Source of the DNA: an uncultured Polaribacter sp.
Lineage (GTDB): Bacteria > Bacteroidota > Bacteroidia > Flavobacteriales > Flavobacteriaceae
DNA length: 55,785 nt
Assembly (NCBI GenBank): GCA_913050305.1
Contig: CAJXAS010000001.1
Coordinates: forward strand, 1 to 55,785
Reading direction: 5' to 3'
Shown here: positions 8,480-18,715 of the stretch, in pieces
Position numbering within the stretch: the stretch's first letter is position 1
Layout: each line of letters opens with the position of its first letter
Program-made: the position numbers and the translations under genes
Notes under the pieces: model-generated
Seen by the model: only the letters and a program-made list of their open reading frames with translations
Database searches by the model: none
What the model was told of the DNA's origin: nothing

Positions 8480-10114
8480 ATGAAAAATAATATTTTATCA
8501 ATTTGTACCTTATTAGTCGCTATGAGTGTTTTTTCACAAAACGAGAAAACTTTAGTTACTATCAACAAAGAAAAAACAACAATAGCAGATTTTAAACGCA
8601 TCTATGAAAAGAATTTAGACGCTATAGACAGTGAAGAAGCTAAAGATGTTACAAATAATCTAACACTTTACATTAATTATAAATTGAAGGTAAAAGAGGC
8701 ATATCTTTTAAGGTTTGACACGTTACCTTCTTATAAAAAAGAAATAGCTTCTTATAAAGACCAGCTTGCTGCGCCTTACTTGCAGGACACTACTTTTATA
8801 ACTGAATTAGTAAAGGAGGTGTATCTTAGAACAAAAAATGAGGTAAAAGCAAAACATATATTAATTAGAACTTTAAAAGATGCTACACCTAAAGATACAC
8901 TCATCTCTTTTAATAAAATTACAACCATTAGAAATAGAATTATTAATGGAGAAAACTTTGAAAAAGTAGCAGTAGAAACTTCAGAAGATATTTCTGCTCA
9001 AGGCAATGCTAAAAAAGGTGTAGAAGGTAACAAAGGTAACCTCGGTTATTTTAGCGCTTTTAATATGGTTGCACCTTTTGAAGATGCAGCTTACAAAACC
9101 AAAGTTGGTGCGGTTTCTATGCCATTTAGAAGTAAGTTTGGATACCATATACTTAAAGTTGACAATTTTAGAGCAGCTAAAGGAGAAATAGAAGCAGCAC
9201 ATATCTTAATCTCAAACAGCACTGAATCTAGTAAAACTAAAATTAATGAAGTATATAAAAGACTTCAGAATAAAGAGACCTTTGCTAAATTAGCGAATGA
9301 GTATTCAGAGGACAGAGGCTCTAAAGCTAAAGGAGGTAAACTAGCTAAATTTGGTACAGGTAGAATGGTGAAACCATTCGAAATTGCTGCTTTTTCTTTA
9401 GAAAATGAAGGTGATTTTTCTAAACCGTTTAAAACTCGTTTTGGTTGGCATATTGTAAAGCTTCTTAAAAAACATCCAATAAGGTCTTTTGCAGAAATGA
9501 AACAAGAGCTTACTGCAAAAATCAAGAGGAGTTCTAGAATGCAAATGTCTGAAACCGCCGTTATAAATAAATTAAAAAAGAAATATTTAATTGTAGAAAA
9601 TGAGGAATCTAAAGATATCTTAAACAGAAAAGATATTAGAACCATATCAAAAGATTCTCTGCAAAATAATATTATATCCATTAATGATAGCAATATTAAA
9701 CAGGAAATCTTCGTTGAATACTTGAAAAACAGAAGAAATAAACCTATTTATGTATTATTCGAAATGTTTAAAAATCAAGAGATTTTAGCATATTATAAAA
9801 AGAATTTAGTAAACACAGAACCAGAGTATGCAAACGTTTTAAAAGAATATGAAGATGGTTTGTTGTTGTTTGAATTGATGCAGCAAAAAATATGGAATAA
9901 ATCCTCTAAAGATACTTTAGGCTTGAAAACATATTTCTTAAATAATAAAGAAAAATACGGTACAAAAGAATTGATAAATATAAAAGGGGAGGTAATGAAT
10001 GATTATCAAAATTTTTTAGAAAAAGATTGGATTGCAGATTTAAGAAAAAAGAGTTCCATTAAAGTGAGTAAGAGACAATTAAAAAAACTAATTAAATTTT
10101 ACTATAGGGAGTAA
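8480..10114 (+). CDS. Exported parvulin-type peptidylprolyl isomerase with two PpiC domains
   Basis: Signal peptide. HILI...G.LGYF...MV.PFE...FGYHI motif occurs twice. Confidence 0.88.
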   Translation: MKNNILSICTLLVAMSVFSQNEKTLVTINKEKTTIADFKRIYEKNLDAIDSEEAKDVTNNLTLYINYKLKVKEAYLLRFDTLPSYKKEIASYKDQLAAPYLQDTTFITELVKEVYLRTKNEVKAKHILIRTLKDATPKDTLISFNKITTIRNRIINGENFEKVAVETSEDISAQGNAKKGVEGNKGNLGYFSAFNMVAPFEDAAYKTKVGAVSMPFRSKFGYHILKVDNFRAAKGEIEAAHILISNSTESSKTKINEVYKRLQNKETFAKLANEYSEDRGSKAKGGKLAKFGTGRMVKPFEIAAFSLENEGDFSKPFKTRFGWHIVKLLKKHPIRSFAEMKQELTAKIKRSSRMQMSETAVINKLKKKYLIVENEESKDILNRKDIRTISKDSLQNNIISINDSNIKQEIFVEYLKNRRNKPIYVLFEMFKNQEILAYYKKNLVNTEPEYANVLKEYEDGLLLFELMQQKIWNKSSKDTLGLKTYFLNNKEKYGTKELINIKGEVMNDYQNFLEKDWIADLRKKSSIKVSKRQLKKLIKFYYRE

Positions 10115-10959
10115 TGAGATTTTTAAGCATACTTTTTTGCATTTTTACACTTACTTCTTGTGACTATATTAAGTTGCAGGAGAAGGATGCACCCACATCA
10201 GAAATTATAGCAATTGTTAATACAGATAAATTATTTAAAGAGGATTTAAGAGATTTCTTACCTAGAAATATTTCAAGAGAAGATAGTTTAATATTGGTTA
10301 AAAGTTTTATTCAAGATTGGGCCGTAAAAAAACTATTATTAGATGCAGCAGCAAATAATAATACGCAAGAATCTTTAAAAAACATTAATAACCTTGTTCA
10401 AGATTACAAAGAGAGTCTGCTTATAAATAATTTCAAAGAAGCCTTAATAAAACAGCAATTAGATACTATTATTTCTGATAATGAAGTTGAGGCCTATTAT
10501 TTAATAAACAATGAGAATTTTAAATTAAATGAGGTTTTAGTAAAATCTAGATATTTGTATTTTGATGCTTCAATAATTAATAAAAAGGAAATCGTAAAGT
10601 TTTTTAAATCTGAAGAAATTGAGGATGCAGAAGAATTGGAAAGACAGCAATTAAGTTTTAAAATGTATCAATTGAATGATTCTATTTGGACAGAATTGGA
10701 TAAGATTTTGTTAAAACTTCCTTTTTCTAAGGAAAATCTGTTAAAAAAATCAAAATTCATTCAAAAACAAGATTCATTAGGTTTATATTTGGTGGCTATA
10801 AAAGACGTTTTACGAAGAAATGATATAGCACCATTAAGCTATATTAAACCAACAATAAAGGAAATGATTTTACACAAGCGTAAAATCGAATTAATAAGAG
10901 ATATCGAAAAAATAATAGTAAAAGATGCCACAAAAAACAATAATTTTAAAATTTACTAA
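10114..10959 (+). CDS. Lipoprotein, PPIase/SurA-associated chaperone-like
   Basis: Lipobox LTSC. Translationally coupled between two PPIase genes. Confidence 0.65.
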   Translation: MRFLSILFCIFTLTSCDYIKLQEKDAPTSEIIAIVNTDKLFKEDLRDFLPRNISREDSLILVKSFIQDWAVKKLLLDAAANNNTQESLKNINNLVQDYKESLLINNFKEALIKQQLDTIISDNEVEAYYLINNENFKLNEVLVKSRYLYFDASIINKKEIVKFFKSEEIEDAEELERQQLSFKMYQLNDSIWTELDKILLKLPFSKENLLKKSKFIQKQDSLGLYLVAIKDVLRRNDIAPLSYIKPTIKEMILHKRKIELIRDIEKIIVKDATKNNNFKIY

Positions 10960-12307
10960 ACTACTTTCTATTGCTATGTTTTTCATAGCAACAACATGTC
11001 AACTGAATGCTCAAAAGATTAAAATTGATGGGGTAGCAGTCGTTATTGGTAAAAATATCGTTTTAGATTCAGATATTGCTAAGTTTAAGCAGGAGGTAGA
11101 ACTTAGAAGCGAAGGAAAAATCACCATTACAGATTGTGAAATGTTAGAAGAGTTAATGCAACAGAAACTACTTTCCCATCATGCAATCATAGATAGTGTA
11201 ACTGTTTTAGATGCAGAGGTTAATAGTAAAGTTGATCAAAGTATTCAGTTTTTTACGCAAGAATATGGTTCTTTAGATAAAGTTATTGCTGCCTATGGTT
11301 TTAATGATTTAGATGATTTAAAAGGGGAATTATACAATGTTCAAAAAGATAATATTTTAGTATCAAAAGAACAATTGAAAATTACTGAAAAGGTAGATGT
11401 TACTCCAGAGGAGGTTCGTCTATACTATAATGGCTTAAAAGATAAAGGAGAGTTGCCTGAGTTTACTGCAGAAATAGAACTTGCTCAAATTGTAATGAAT
11501 TCTGCCCCTACTTTAGAGGAAAATAATAGAGTTGTTAAAGAGTTAAATGAAATTAGAGAAGCCGTTATAGGTGGCTCAAGTTTTAGAATGAAAGCTATTA
11601 TTAATTCTAAAGATCCAAGTGTTACTCAAAATGGAGGTAGAATGGAGGTAACTAAAGAGTCTGGTTTTATTAAAGAATTTAAAGAAGTTTCTTTCTCTTT
11701 AGAGAAAGATGAAATTTCTAAACCTTTTAAAACACTTTTTGGGTATCATATTATTCAATTACATGAGGTTAATGGAAATACCAGAATAGTTTCCCACATC
11801 TTATTGCAGCCAGAAATACCGGAAGCTAGGTTAAAAGAAACGCAATTGAAAGTAGAAGAAATTAAGAGGGATATTGAGGAAGGTAAAATTACATTTGAAG
11901 AGGCTGTAAAGAAATATTCAGATGATAAGGATTCTAAGAATAACGGTGGAGTTATTATTAATAACTATACAGGAGAAACTAAATTTGATTTAACAAGAAT
12001 GGACCCTGCAATGTATGCTAGAGTTAATGATTTAAATGAAGGAGGTTTTACAAATGTTTTTTATGATCAAACTAGAAGTGGGGAAAAAATGTATAAGTTC
12101 ATTTTAATGAAAGAAAGAACAGATACGCATATAGCAGATTTGGTGGAGGATTATGTAAAAGTTCAAGACCTTGCTTTGAGAAAGAAAAAAGAAGAAATTA
12201 TAGAAAAGTGGTCTAAAGATAAAATTAAAGATACGTACATTAAACTAGGGGTAGATTACAAAAAGTGTTCTTTTCAAAAAAACTGGAAAAAAGTAACAAG
12301 CAGATAA
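10925..12307 (+). CDS. SurA-like peptidylprolyl isomerase
   Basis: IDGVAVVIG N-terminal domain, VTPEEVR, two parvulin domains (FGYHII, SHILL). Confidence 0.85.
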   Translation: MPQKTIILKFTKLLSIAMFFIATTCQLNAQKIKIDGVAVVIGKNIVLDSDIAKFKQEVELRSEGKITITDCEMLEELMQQKLLSHHAIIDSVTVLDAEVNSKVDQSIQFFTQEYGSLDKVIAAYGFNDLDDLKGELYNVQKDNILVSKEQLKITEKVDVTPEEVRLYYNGLKDKGELPEFTAEIELAQIVMNSAPTLEENNRVVKELNEIREAVIGGSSFRMKAIINSKDPSVTQNGGRMEVTKESGFIKEFKEVSFSLEKDEISKPFKTLFGYHIIQLHEVNGNTRIVSHILLQPEIPEARLKETQLKVEEIKRDIEEGKITFEEAVKKYSDDKDSKNNGGVIINNYTGETKFDLTRMDPAMYARVNDLNEGGFTNVFYDQTRSGEKMYKFILMKERTDTHIADLVEDYVKVQDLALRKKKEEIIEKWSKDKIKDTYIKLGVDYKKCSFQKNWKKVTSR

Positions 12308-13260
12308 TGTCAGACGTTAAAGCAGTAATTAATTTAGTTGCCAAATTCGAATTATTAAAAGTAGAAATAGAAAAAGTAATTGTTGGTCAGAAAGAAGCCG
12401 TAAACTTCACTTTACTATCTGTTATCTGTGGAGGTCATTCCTTATTAATAGGTGTACCTGGTTTAGCAAAAACATTGTTAGTAAATACCGTTTCAGAGGC
12501 GTTAGGTTTAAACTTTAAAAGAATTCAGTTTACACCAGATTTAATGCCGTCAGATATTTTAGGTAGTGAGATTTTAGACGAAAACAGGAAGTTTAAATTT
12601 ATAAAAGGTCCTATTTTTTCCAATATTATTTTAGCGGATGAAATAAATAGAACTCCACCAAAAACGCAAGCAGCCTTGCTAGAGGCAATGCAAGAGCGCT
12701 CTGTAACTATCTCAGGAAATCATTATAAATTAGATTTACCATTTTTTGTGTTAGCAACCCAAAATCCAATTGAGCAAGAAGGAACTTATCCTTTGCCAGA
12801 GGCACAATTAGATCGTTTTATGTTTTCCATTAATTTAGAATACCCAACTTTTGAAGAAGAAGTGCAAGTCGTAAAAAGCACAACTTCTAACATAAAACAA
12901 ACTGTAAGCCCTGTGTTTTCAGGTGAAGAGATTGTAGAAATTCAGAAATTAATTAGAAAAATACCCGTTGCAGATAATGTTATAGAATATGCGGTAGGTG
13001 TAGTTGGTAAAACAAGACCTAGGTCTAATAAAGCAACACAAATAGTAAAAGATTACTTAGACTGGGGCGCCGGACCAAGAGCCTCTCAGAATCTAATTTT
13101 AGGAGCTAAAGCCCATGCAGCAGTAAATGGTAAGTATTCACCAGATATAGAAGATGTAAAAGCGGTAGCAATTCCTATTTTATCACATAGGATTGTGAAA
13201 AATTATAAAGCAGAAGCAGAAGGAGTTTCTATTACTGATATTATCAATTCTTTGTTGTAA
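12307..13260 (+). CDS. MoxR-family AAA+ ATPase
   Basis: GVPGLAKT, RIQFTPDLMPSD, DEINR, ATQNPIEQEGTYPLPEAQLDRF. TAATG overlap places the start at 12307. Confidence 0.93.
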   Translation: MSDVKAVINLVAKFELLKVEIEKVIVGQKEAVNFTLLSVICGGHSLLIGVPGLAKTLLVNTVSEALGLNFKRIQFTPDLMPSDILGSEILDENRKFKFIKGPIFSNIILADEINRTPPKTQAALLEAMQERSVTISGNHYKLDLPFFVLATQNPIEQEGTYPLPEAQLDRFMFSINLEYPTFEEEVQVVKSTTSNIKQTVSPVFSGEEIVEIQKLIRKIPVADNVIEYAVGVVGKTRPRSNKATQIVKDYLDWGAGPRASQNLILGAKAHAAVNGKYSPDIEDVKAVAIPILSHRIVKNYKAEAEGVSITDIINSLL

Positions 13261-13267
13261 AGCTCAC

Positions 13268-13819
13268 CTATTCTTCCTCAGAAGTGTTTTCAAAGAAGCT
13301 AAAAACATTTCCTCCATAACGTTTATCATAGATATGTTTTTTATGAGTTGTTAAATCTGTGTGTTTAGAGTGCTCTACTATTAAAACACCATCTTCATTT
13401 AAAATTTCTCTATCGAAAACTAAATTTACAATCTTTAAAAATTGTTCTTCCTCAAAGTCATAAGGTGGATCTGCAAAAATAACATCTGCTTTTAAAGGTG
13501 TTTTTTCAAGAAATTTATAGACATCACTTTTAAAGGTACTTATGTCTAAATCTAGTTCTTTTGCAGTGGTATTTATGTATCTTATACAGCCAGTGTGCGC
13601 ATCTACTGAATAGATTTTTTTTGTGCCTCTAGAGGCAAATTCATAACTAATATTTCCTGTGCCAGAAAACAAATCAATTACAGAAATAGCATCAAAATAA
13701 TACGTATTATTTAAGATGTTAAACAAAGATTCTTTTGCCATATCTGTTGTTGGTCTAACAGGTAGATTTTTAGGCGCAGATAAACGTCTTGATTTTAATT
13801 TTCCAGAAATAATTCTCAT
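13268..13819 (-). CDS. rsmD: 16S rRNA m2G966 methyltransferase
   Basis: MRIISG...RPTTD..KESLFN, DLFSGTG, DPPY. Confidence 0.92.
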   Translation of the reverse strand: MRIISGKLKSRRLSAPKNLPVRPTTDMAKESLFNILNNTYYFDAISVIDLFSGTGNISYEFASRGTKKIYSVDAHTGCIRYINTTAKELDLDISTFKSDVYKFLEKTPLKADVIFADPPYDFEEEQFLKIVNLVFDREILNEDGVLIVEHSKHTDLTTHKKHIYDKRYGGNVFSFFENTSEEE

Positions 13820-14610
13820 GAGCCTAATAATATAAAGTTAGAATGTGAAGCAATATTTAGTTCGCTAAATAAGGGGTTATTGCTTTCTAGGAAATAAACA
13901 TTTTTAATGTACTTGTAAGTTATTTTATAAATAGCATCATCCAAATTTACTTTACCCGTAAAATGCAATGAGAATTTATTTACGTTTAAGTTTAACTGTT
14001 CTGCTACAAATAAAATATAATAAATAAAATCTTCTTTGGTGTTATAGGAAAAAGTATTGAAAAGAATTAGTTGGGTGTTTTCTATAACTACAATATCTAA
14101 TGAAGTTTTTGAAACATTCACAAACATTGTCTTCTCTATACTATTTGTGGTATTTAATAATTTTTCAATTAAGACAGTACTGTGATGTTTATATTCAAAT
14201 TCACCAAAATTTTGAAATAAATAATTATTTATATTTATATAAGGAATATAGATATTTTTAGATTCTAGTACTTTTAAATGATCAAAAGCTACGTAATCTA
14301 TAGTTAGTTTTTTTACATTAAAATTCAGATAAGAGGACAACTCTTTTTCATTAAAATAACGATTAGGGACTAATACAGAAAGGTTGTTTTGATGAATTAC
14401 AAGAACCGATAAAAAATCATTTTGTAGCTGACTATCTGTATTGAAAATATCCTTAATTTTTAGTAATAAATTCTCAGGTGTTACTTGTGAGTTCTCAAAG
14501 TCATATTCACGAAAGTACACCTCCTTTTTAGAGATTATATTATAAACGGAAAAAGAAAATCCATCCAAATTAAATTGGATGGATAACTTATTTTCTATTA
14601 TCGTTTTCAA
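13816..14610 (-). CDS. DUF3822 family protein
   Basis: LSIQ..LDGFSF and FN.F...EDFIYYILF patterns; usual position upstream of rsmD. Start uncertain (TTG). Confidence 0.75.
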   Translation of the reverse strand: MKTIIENKLSIQFNLDGFSFSVYNIISKKEVYFREYDFENSQVTPENLLLKIKDIFNTDSQLQNDFLSVLVIHQNNLSVLVPNRYFNEKELSSYLNFNVKKLTIDYVAFDHLKVLESKNIYIPYININNYLFQNFGEFEYKHHSTVLIEKLLNTTNSIEKTMFVNVSKTSLDIVVIENTQLILFNTFSYNTKEDFIYYILFVAEQLNLNVNKFSLHFTGKVNLDDAIYKITYKYIKNVYFLESNNPLFSELNIASHSNFILLGS

Positions 14611-14623
14611 AGTTGTGATGTTG

Positions 14624-15355
14624 CTATTCTATTTTATTACTTTTCTTGTCATAAGAAGGAGGCCAGTTTCCAGCAGTAGTAACCTCATCTAAAGAACCTA
14701 CAGAAATATTTTCTCCTTTAATTTGATCTGAAGCCATAACTTCTAACTCCTGTTTTACTAAAGAAGCGTTCATACCTTCTAAAAGAGCTTTTTTCGGAGT
14801 TTTGGCCATAAAAGTTGGTACAAGTAAACCTTGCACTTTTTCTACAGTACCTATTTCAAGATCATATTCTACTCCTTCTAAACTTGGAACTGAAAACATG
14901 TTTTGATAATCCCTACCTTTAAAGTATTTTAAAACTGGTTCATAGCCGATTGTATCTGTTACTCTTATTTCTATTTCATCAGTAATTCCACCACCTCTAT
15001 TAACTGTTTCTACAATTGTTTTAGTAACGGTTAATGCCAACTGAGCCGAATCTATGAACTTAATTAAGAGTGCTTTATCTTGTGTGTAGTTTGCATTTGC
15101 TTCATAAAATTTTACTTCAGCATCTCTAATTATTTTTAGATTCTCTACAACTTTAGAATACCTTTTAACCTTATTTTGATTAAAGTTAATAGGCTCCATA
15201 ACACCATTGTAAATTTTAAAACTTAAAAATATTGCTAGCAATAACAATAGAATAGATGGTATCCATCTTAATTTTAAAGGTAAATATCTAACTATAACTA
15301 TAGCTATAAATACTGCGGCTAAAACTGCAGCTAAAATCATTCCTAATAATCCCAT
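14624..15355 (-). CDS. Conserved membrane-anchored hypothetical protein
   Basis: Two N-terminal hydrophobic helices and a soluble C-terminal domain ending VGSLDEVTTAGNW. Confidence 0.7.
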   Translation of the reverse strand: MGLLGMILAAVLAAVFIAIVIVRYLPLKLRWIPSILLLLLAIFLSFKIYNGVMEPINFNQNKVKRYSKVVENLKIIRDAEVKFYEANANYTQDKALLIKFIDSAQLALTVTKTIVETVNRGGGITDEIEIRVTDTIGYEPVLKYFKGRDYQNMFSVPSLEGVEYDLEIGTVEKVQGLLVPTFMAKTPKKALLEGMNASLVKQELEVMASDQIKGENISVGSLDEVTTAGNWPPSYDKKSNKIE

Positions 15356-15458
15356 TTTTAGTTTTTTTTTAATAGTCCTTCCGCAAATCTACAATTTTTT
15401 TTCAATGATAAAAACTTTTATTTACAATTCAACGTATCTTTGATACTTTAATTAATAT

Positions 15459-16883
15459 ATGATAGAAATAGCTGTAGATTTTAATAAAAAATTGTTGGAA
15501 AAATTCCCACACCACCCCACAATTAAGCAGCGTAAGTTGTTAACATTATTAAGTGATTTTATTTTTAACGAAAATAAAAATGCTTTATTTCTTCTGAAGG
15601 GATACGCCGGAACGGGGAAAACAACCACTATTGGTACGTTTGTAAATTCTTTAGGGACTGCTGGTAAAAAATCAGTATTATTAGCACCCACAGGAAGAGC
15701 AGCAAAAGTAATTGCATTATACTCTAAAAAACCAGCATTTACAATTCATAAAAAAATTTATTTCCCTAAAAAACAATCAAATGGCTCTGTTGCTTTTGTT
15801 TTACAACCTAATAAACACACAAATACGGTCTTTATAGTTGATGAAGCTTCCATGATTCCAGATGGTAAACAGAATCAGCAATTATTTGATTCTAGTTCTT
15901 TGCTAGATGATCTGATCTCTTATGTATATTCAGGAGTAAATTGCAAGTTGATTTTTATTGGAGACACTGCTCAATTACCTCCAGTAAAGCTTAGTGTTTC
16001 TCCTGCTTTAGAGCAAGATACATTAACATACGATTACCATAAGGAAGTAACAGAAATTGAGTTAGATGAGGTGATGCGGCAACACGAAGACTCTGGGATT
16101 TTGGCAAATGCAACTGCTTTAAGATTGTTATTAAAAAATGAAGATGAAAAATTTCAGTTTGATGTTAATTTTGCAGACATTGAAAGATTAGAAGATGGTT
16201 ATGATATTGAAGATGCAATTGTAACAGCATATGAAAGTGATGGTGTAGAAGATACGGCGTTTATTGTGCGTTCTAATAAAAGAGCAAACGAATATAATCA
16301 GCAAATAAGATATAATATAAGGGGTCAGGAGAATGAGATTTCTGCTGGAGACTATATCATGATTGTTAAAAATAACTATTTCTGGTTACCAGAATCTTCT
16401 ACAGCTGGATTTATTGCAAATGGGGATATTTGCGAAGTTTTAAAGATTTTTTCTATTAAAGAGTTATATGGTTTTAAATTTGCTGAGGTAGAAATTAGAA
16501 TGATAGATTATCCTGAAATGCATCCTTTTGAAACGGTGTTGTTATTGGATACTTTAACCAGTGAGAGTCCGTCTTTAACTTATGAAGAATCTAATAAGTT
16601 ATACCAAGCAGTTAAAGAAGATTATGCGCACGAAAAGTCTAAGTATAAACAATTTATGGCTATTAAAAAGAATGTATATTTTAATTCTCTGCAAGTAAAG
16701 TTTTCATATGCAATGACCTGTCATAAATCTCAAGGAGGGCAATGGAAAACGGTTTTTATAGAACAACCTTATTTGCCAGATGGTGTTTCTAAAGAGTATT
16801 TTAGATGGTTATATACAGCAATTACAAGAGCACAAGAAAAGTTGTATTTAATTGGTTTTAAAGATGATTTTTTTATTGAATAG
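15459..16883 (+). CDS. RecD-like (SF1B) ATP-dependent DNA helicase
   Basis: GYAGTGKT, APTGRAA, DEASM, GD.AQLPPV, T.HKSQG..W, YTAITRA. Confidence 0.88.
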   Translation: MIEIAVDFNKKLLEKFPHHPTIKQRKLLTLLSDFIFNENKNALFLLKGYAGTGKTTTIGTFVNSLGTAGKKSVLLAPTGRAAKVIALYSKKPAFTIHKKIYFPKKQSNGSVAFVLQPNKHTNTVFIVDEASMIPDGKQNQQLFDSSSLLDDLISYVYSGVNCKLIFIGDTAQLPPVKLSVSPALEQDTLTYDYHKEVTEIELDEVMRQHEDSGILANATALRLLLKNEDEKFQFDVNFADIERLEDGYDIEDAIVTAYESDGVEDTAFIVRSNKRANEYNQQIRYNIRGQENEISAGDYIMIVKNNYFWLPESSTAGFIANGDICEVLKIFSIKELYGFKFAEVEIRMIDYPEMHPFETVLLLDTLTSESPSLTYEESNKLYQAVKEDYAHEKSKYKQFMAIKKNVYFNSLQVKFSYAMTCHKSQGGQWKTVFIEQPYLPDGVSKEYFRWLYTAITRAQEKLYLIGFKDDFFIE

Positions 16884-17067
16884 TTAGTATTTATTAGAGA
16901 GAAGTATATCGAAATTTCGCTTGATATTTAATAGGTAAATGCTACTAAACTAATATAAATAACTGTTTTTTCAGTTCATACAATTAGAATACAACTCACT
17001 TAAAATACGTGTTTTCTTTATTTAGTTAGAGAAAAAAGTAATATTTTTAAGATTCGAAAAAATATAC

Positions 17068-17925
17068 ATGAGTACAGATAAAAAATTTACCGCAGAAGAT
17101 TTTGAAAACTTAAAGAGTACTGAAGATTTATTAGAGTTAATTAAACAAAAAAGCGGTTTGTATAAAAAGGTGCATAAAACACTTTTATACACAGAAGAAC
17201 TTCGTCTTTTGCAGATAGAATTAGTGAAATTACAGCGTTGGATTTCTAAGAAAAATAAACGTGTTGCTATTATTTTTGAAGGTAGAGATGCTGCAGGTAA
17301 AGGTGGTAATATTCGTAGGTTTATGGAGCATCTAAATCCGCGCTCTAGTAAATTAGTTGCCTTAAATAAGCCAACTGAAGTAGAAAAAGGTCAATGGTAT
17401 TTTCAACGTTATATTAAAGAGCTACCAAACCCAGGAGAAATTGTTTTTTTTGATAGAAGTTGGTACAATAGATCCGTAGTCGAGCCTGTTATGGGATTTT
17501 GTACACAAAAACAATACAAAGAGTTTTTAGTACAAGTGCCAGAATTTGAACACATGATGTATGAAGATGGTGTTATTATTATTAAATTTTGGTTGTCAAT
17601 ATCTAAGGATGAACAATTAAAAAGGTTTGAAGAAAGAAAAGAAAATCCTTTAAAGCGATGGAAATTTAGCCCAGTAGATAAACAAGGACAAACACTATGG
17701 GATAAGTATACACATTATAAATCGGAAATGTTTTCAAAAACACACACTTCATATAGTCCTTGGATGATTATAAAAAGTAATGATAAAGAAGTAGCAAGAT
17801 TAGAGTCCATAAGGCATGTAATCTCTCAATTTGATTACGATGGTAAGGAAGAAACTAAAATTACATTAACACCAGACCCTAACGTTGTTATGCGTTATTT
17901 TAGGTCTAATAGTAATATAGATTAA
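17068..17925 (+). CDS. ppk2: Polyphosphate kinase 2
   Basis: EGRDAAGKGG, FDRSWYNR, WKFSPVD lid. Confidence 0.93.
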   Translation: MSTDKKFTAEDFENLKSTEDLLELIKQKSGLYKKVHKTLLYTEELRLLQIELVKLQRWISKKNKRVAIIFEGRDAAGKGGNIRRFMEHLNPRSSKLVALNKPTEVEKGQWYFQRYIKELPNPGEIVFFDRSWYNRSVVEPVMGFCTQKQYKEFLVQVPEFEHMMYEDGVIIIKFWLSISKDEQLKRFEERKENPLKRWKFSPVDKQGQTLWDKYTHYKSEMFSKTHTSYSPWMIIKSNDKEVARLESIRHVISQFDYDGKEETKITLTPDPNVVMRYFRSNSNID

Positions 17926-17929
17926 TGGT

Positions 17930-18715
17930 ATGGAATTAAAATTAACAGATCAAGAACTACGTAAGTTAAGCACCAAGAAAGGTCTTTTAGCACTTTTATC
18001 TAAAACACCTTTGAGTATTGAGAGGAGCTTAAGATATGTGGATTATGGAAAAAAATTAAAAAAACTTCAAGTAGAACTCATACGTTTACAAACTTGGGCA
18101 ATTAATAATAACGAGCGTGTAATTATTGTTTTTCAGGGGAGAGATGCTGCCGGTAAAGGTGGTGCAATTAGAAGGTTAACAGAGCGTATTAATCCGCGAC
18201 ATATGAGGATTGTAGCTTTAAATAAACCAACAGAAGATGAGCAAACACAATGGTATTTTCAAAGATATGTAGCTCAGTTTCCAAAAGCAGGTGAGATTGT
18301 TTTTTTTGACAGAAGTTGGTATAATAGAGCGGTTGTAGAGCCGGTAAACGGTTTTTGTACAGCAGAAGAGTATGAAGTTTTTATGAATCAAGTAAATGAT
18401 TTTGAAAAGATGATTTTAGAATCTGGAATTCATTTAGTTAAAATTTATATGTCGATTTCTAAAAAAGAACAAGCCAAACGTTTTGTAGATATAAAAAGCA
18501 ACCCGTTAAAGCAATGGAAAATGACTAAGTTGGATGAAAAAGCACAAGTTTTGTGGGAACAGTACACAGAATATAAGAATGCAATGTTTCAGAAAACGAA
18601 TACAAAGATTTCTCCTTGGAAGGTAATTAGAGCAAACAGAAAAACAGAAGCTCGAGTAAACGTAATTAATCACGTTTTAAATAGTATTCCTTATGATAAA
18701 GATTTAGAAATTTAA
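17930..18715 (+). CDS. ppk2: Polyphosphate kinase 2 (second paralog)
   Basis: QGRDAAGKGG, FDRSWYNR, PLKQWK. Confidence 0.92.
   Translation: MELKLTDQELRKLSTKKGLLALLSKTPLSIERSLRYVDYGKKLKKLQVELIRLQTWAINNNERVIIVFQGRDAAGKGGAIRRLTERINPRHMRIVALNKPTEDEQTQWYFQRYVAQFPKAGEIVFFDRSWYNRAVVEPVNGFCTAEEYEVFMNQVNDFEKMILESGIHLVKIYMSISKKEQAKRFVDIKSNPLKQWKMTKLDEKAQVLWEQYTEYKNAMFQKTNTKISPWKVIRANRKTEARVNVINHVLNSIPYDKDLEI

Noticed and set aside
3239-9693. Short antisense or alternate-frame ORFs (3239, 3771, 3966, 5144, 5688, 6882, 7811, 8981, 9265)
   Set aside because: All lie inside well-supported genes and are shadow frames.
5657-16883. Helicases and ATPases (RecQ, AAA_28, MoxR, RecD-like) as an anti-phage system
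   Set aside because: They are interspersed with core genes (fmt, hup, rsmD), have no nuclease or effector partners, and show no island signature.
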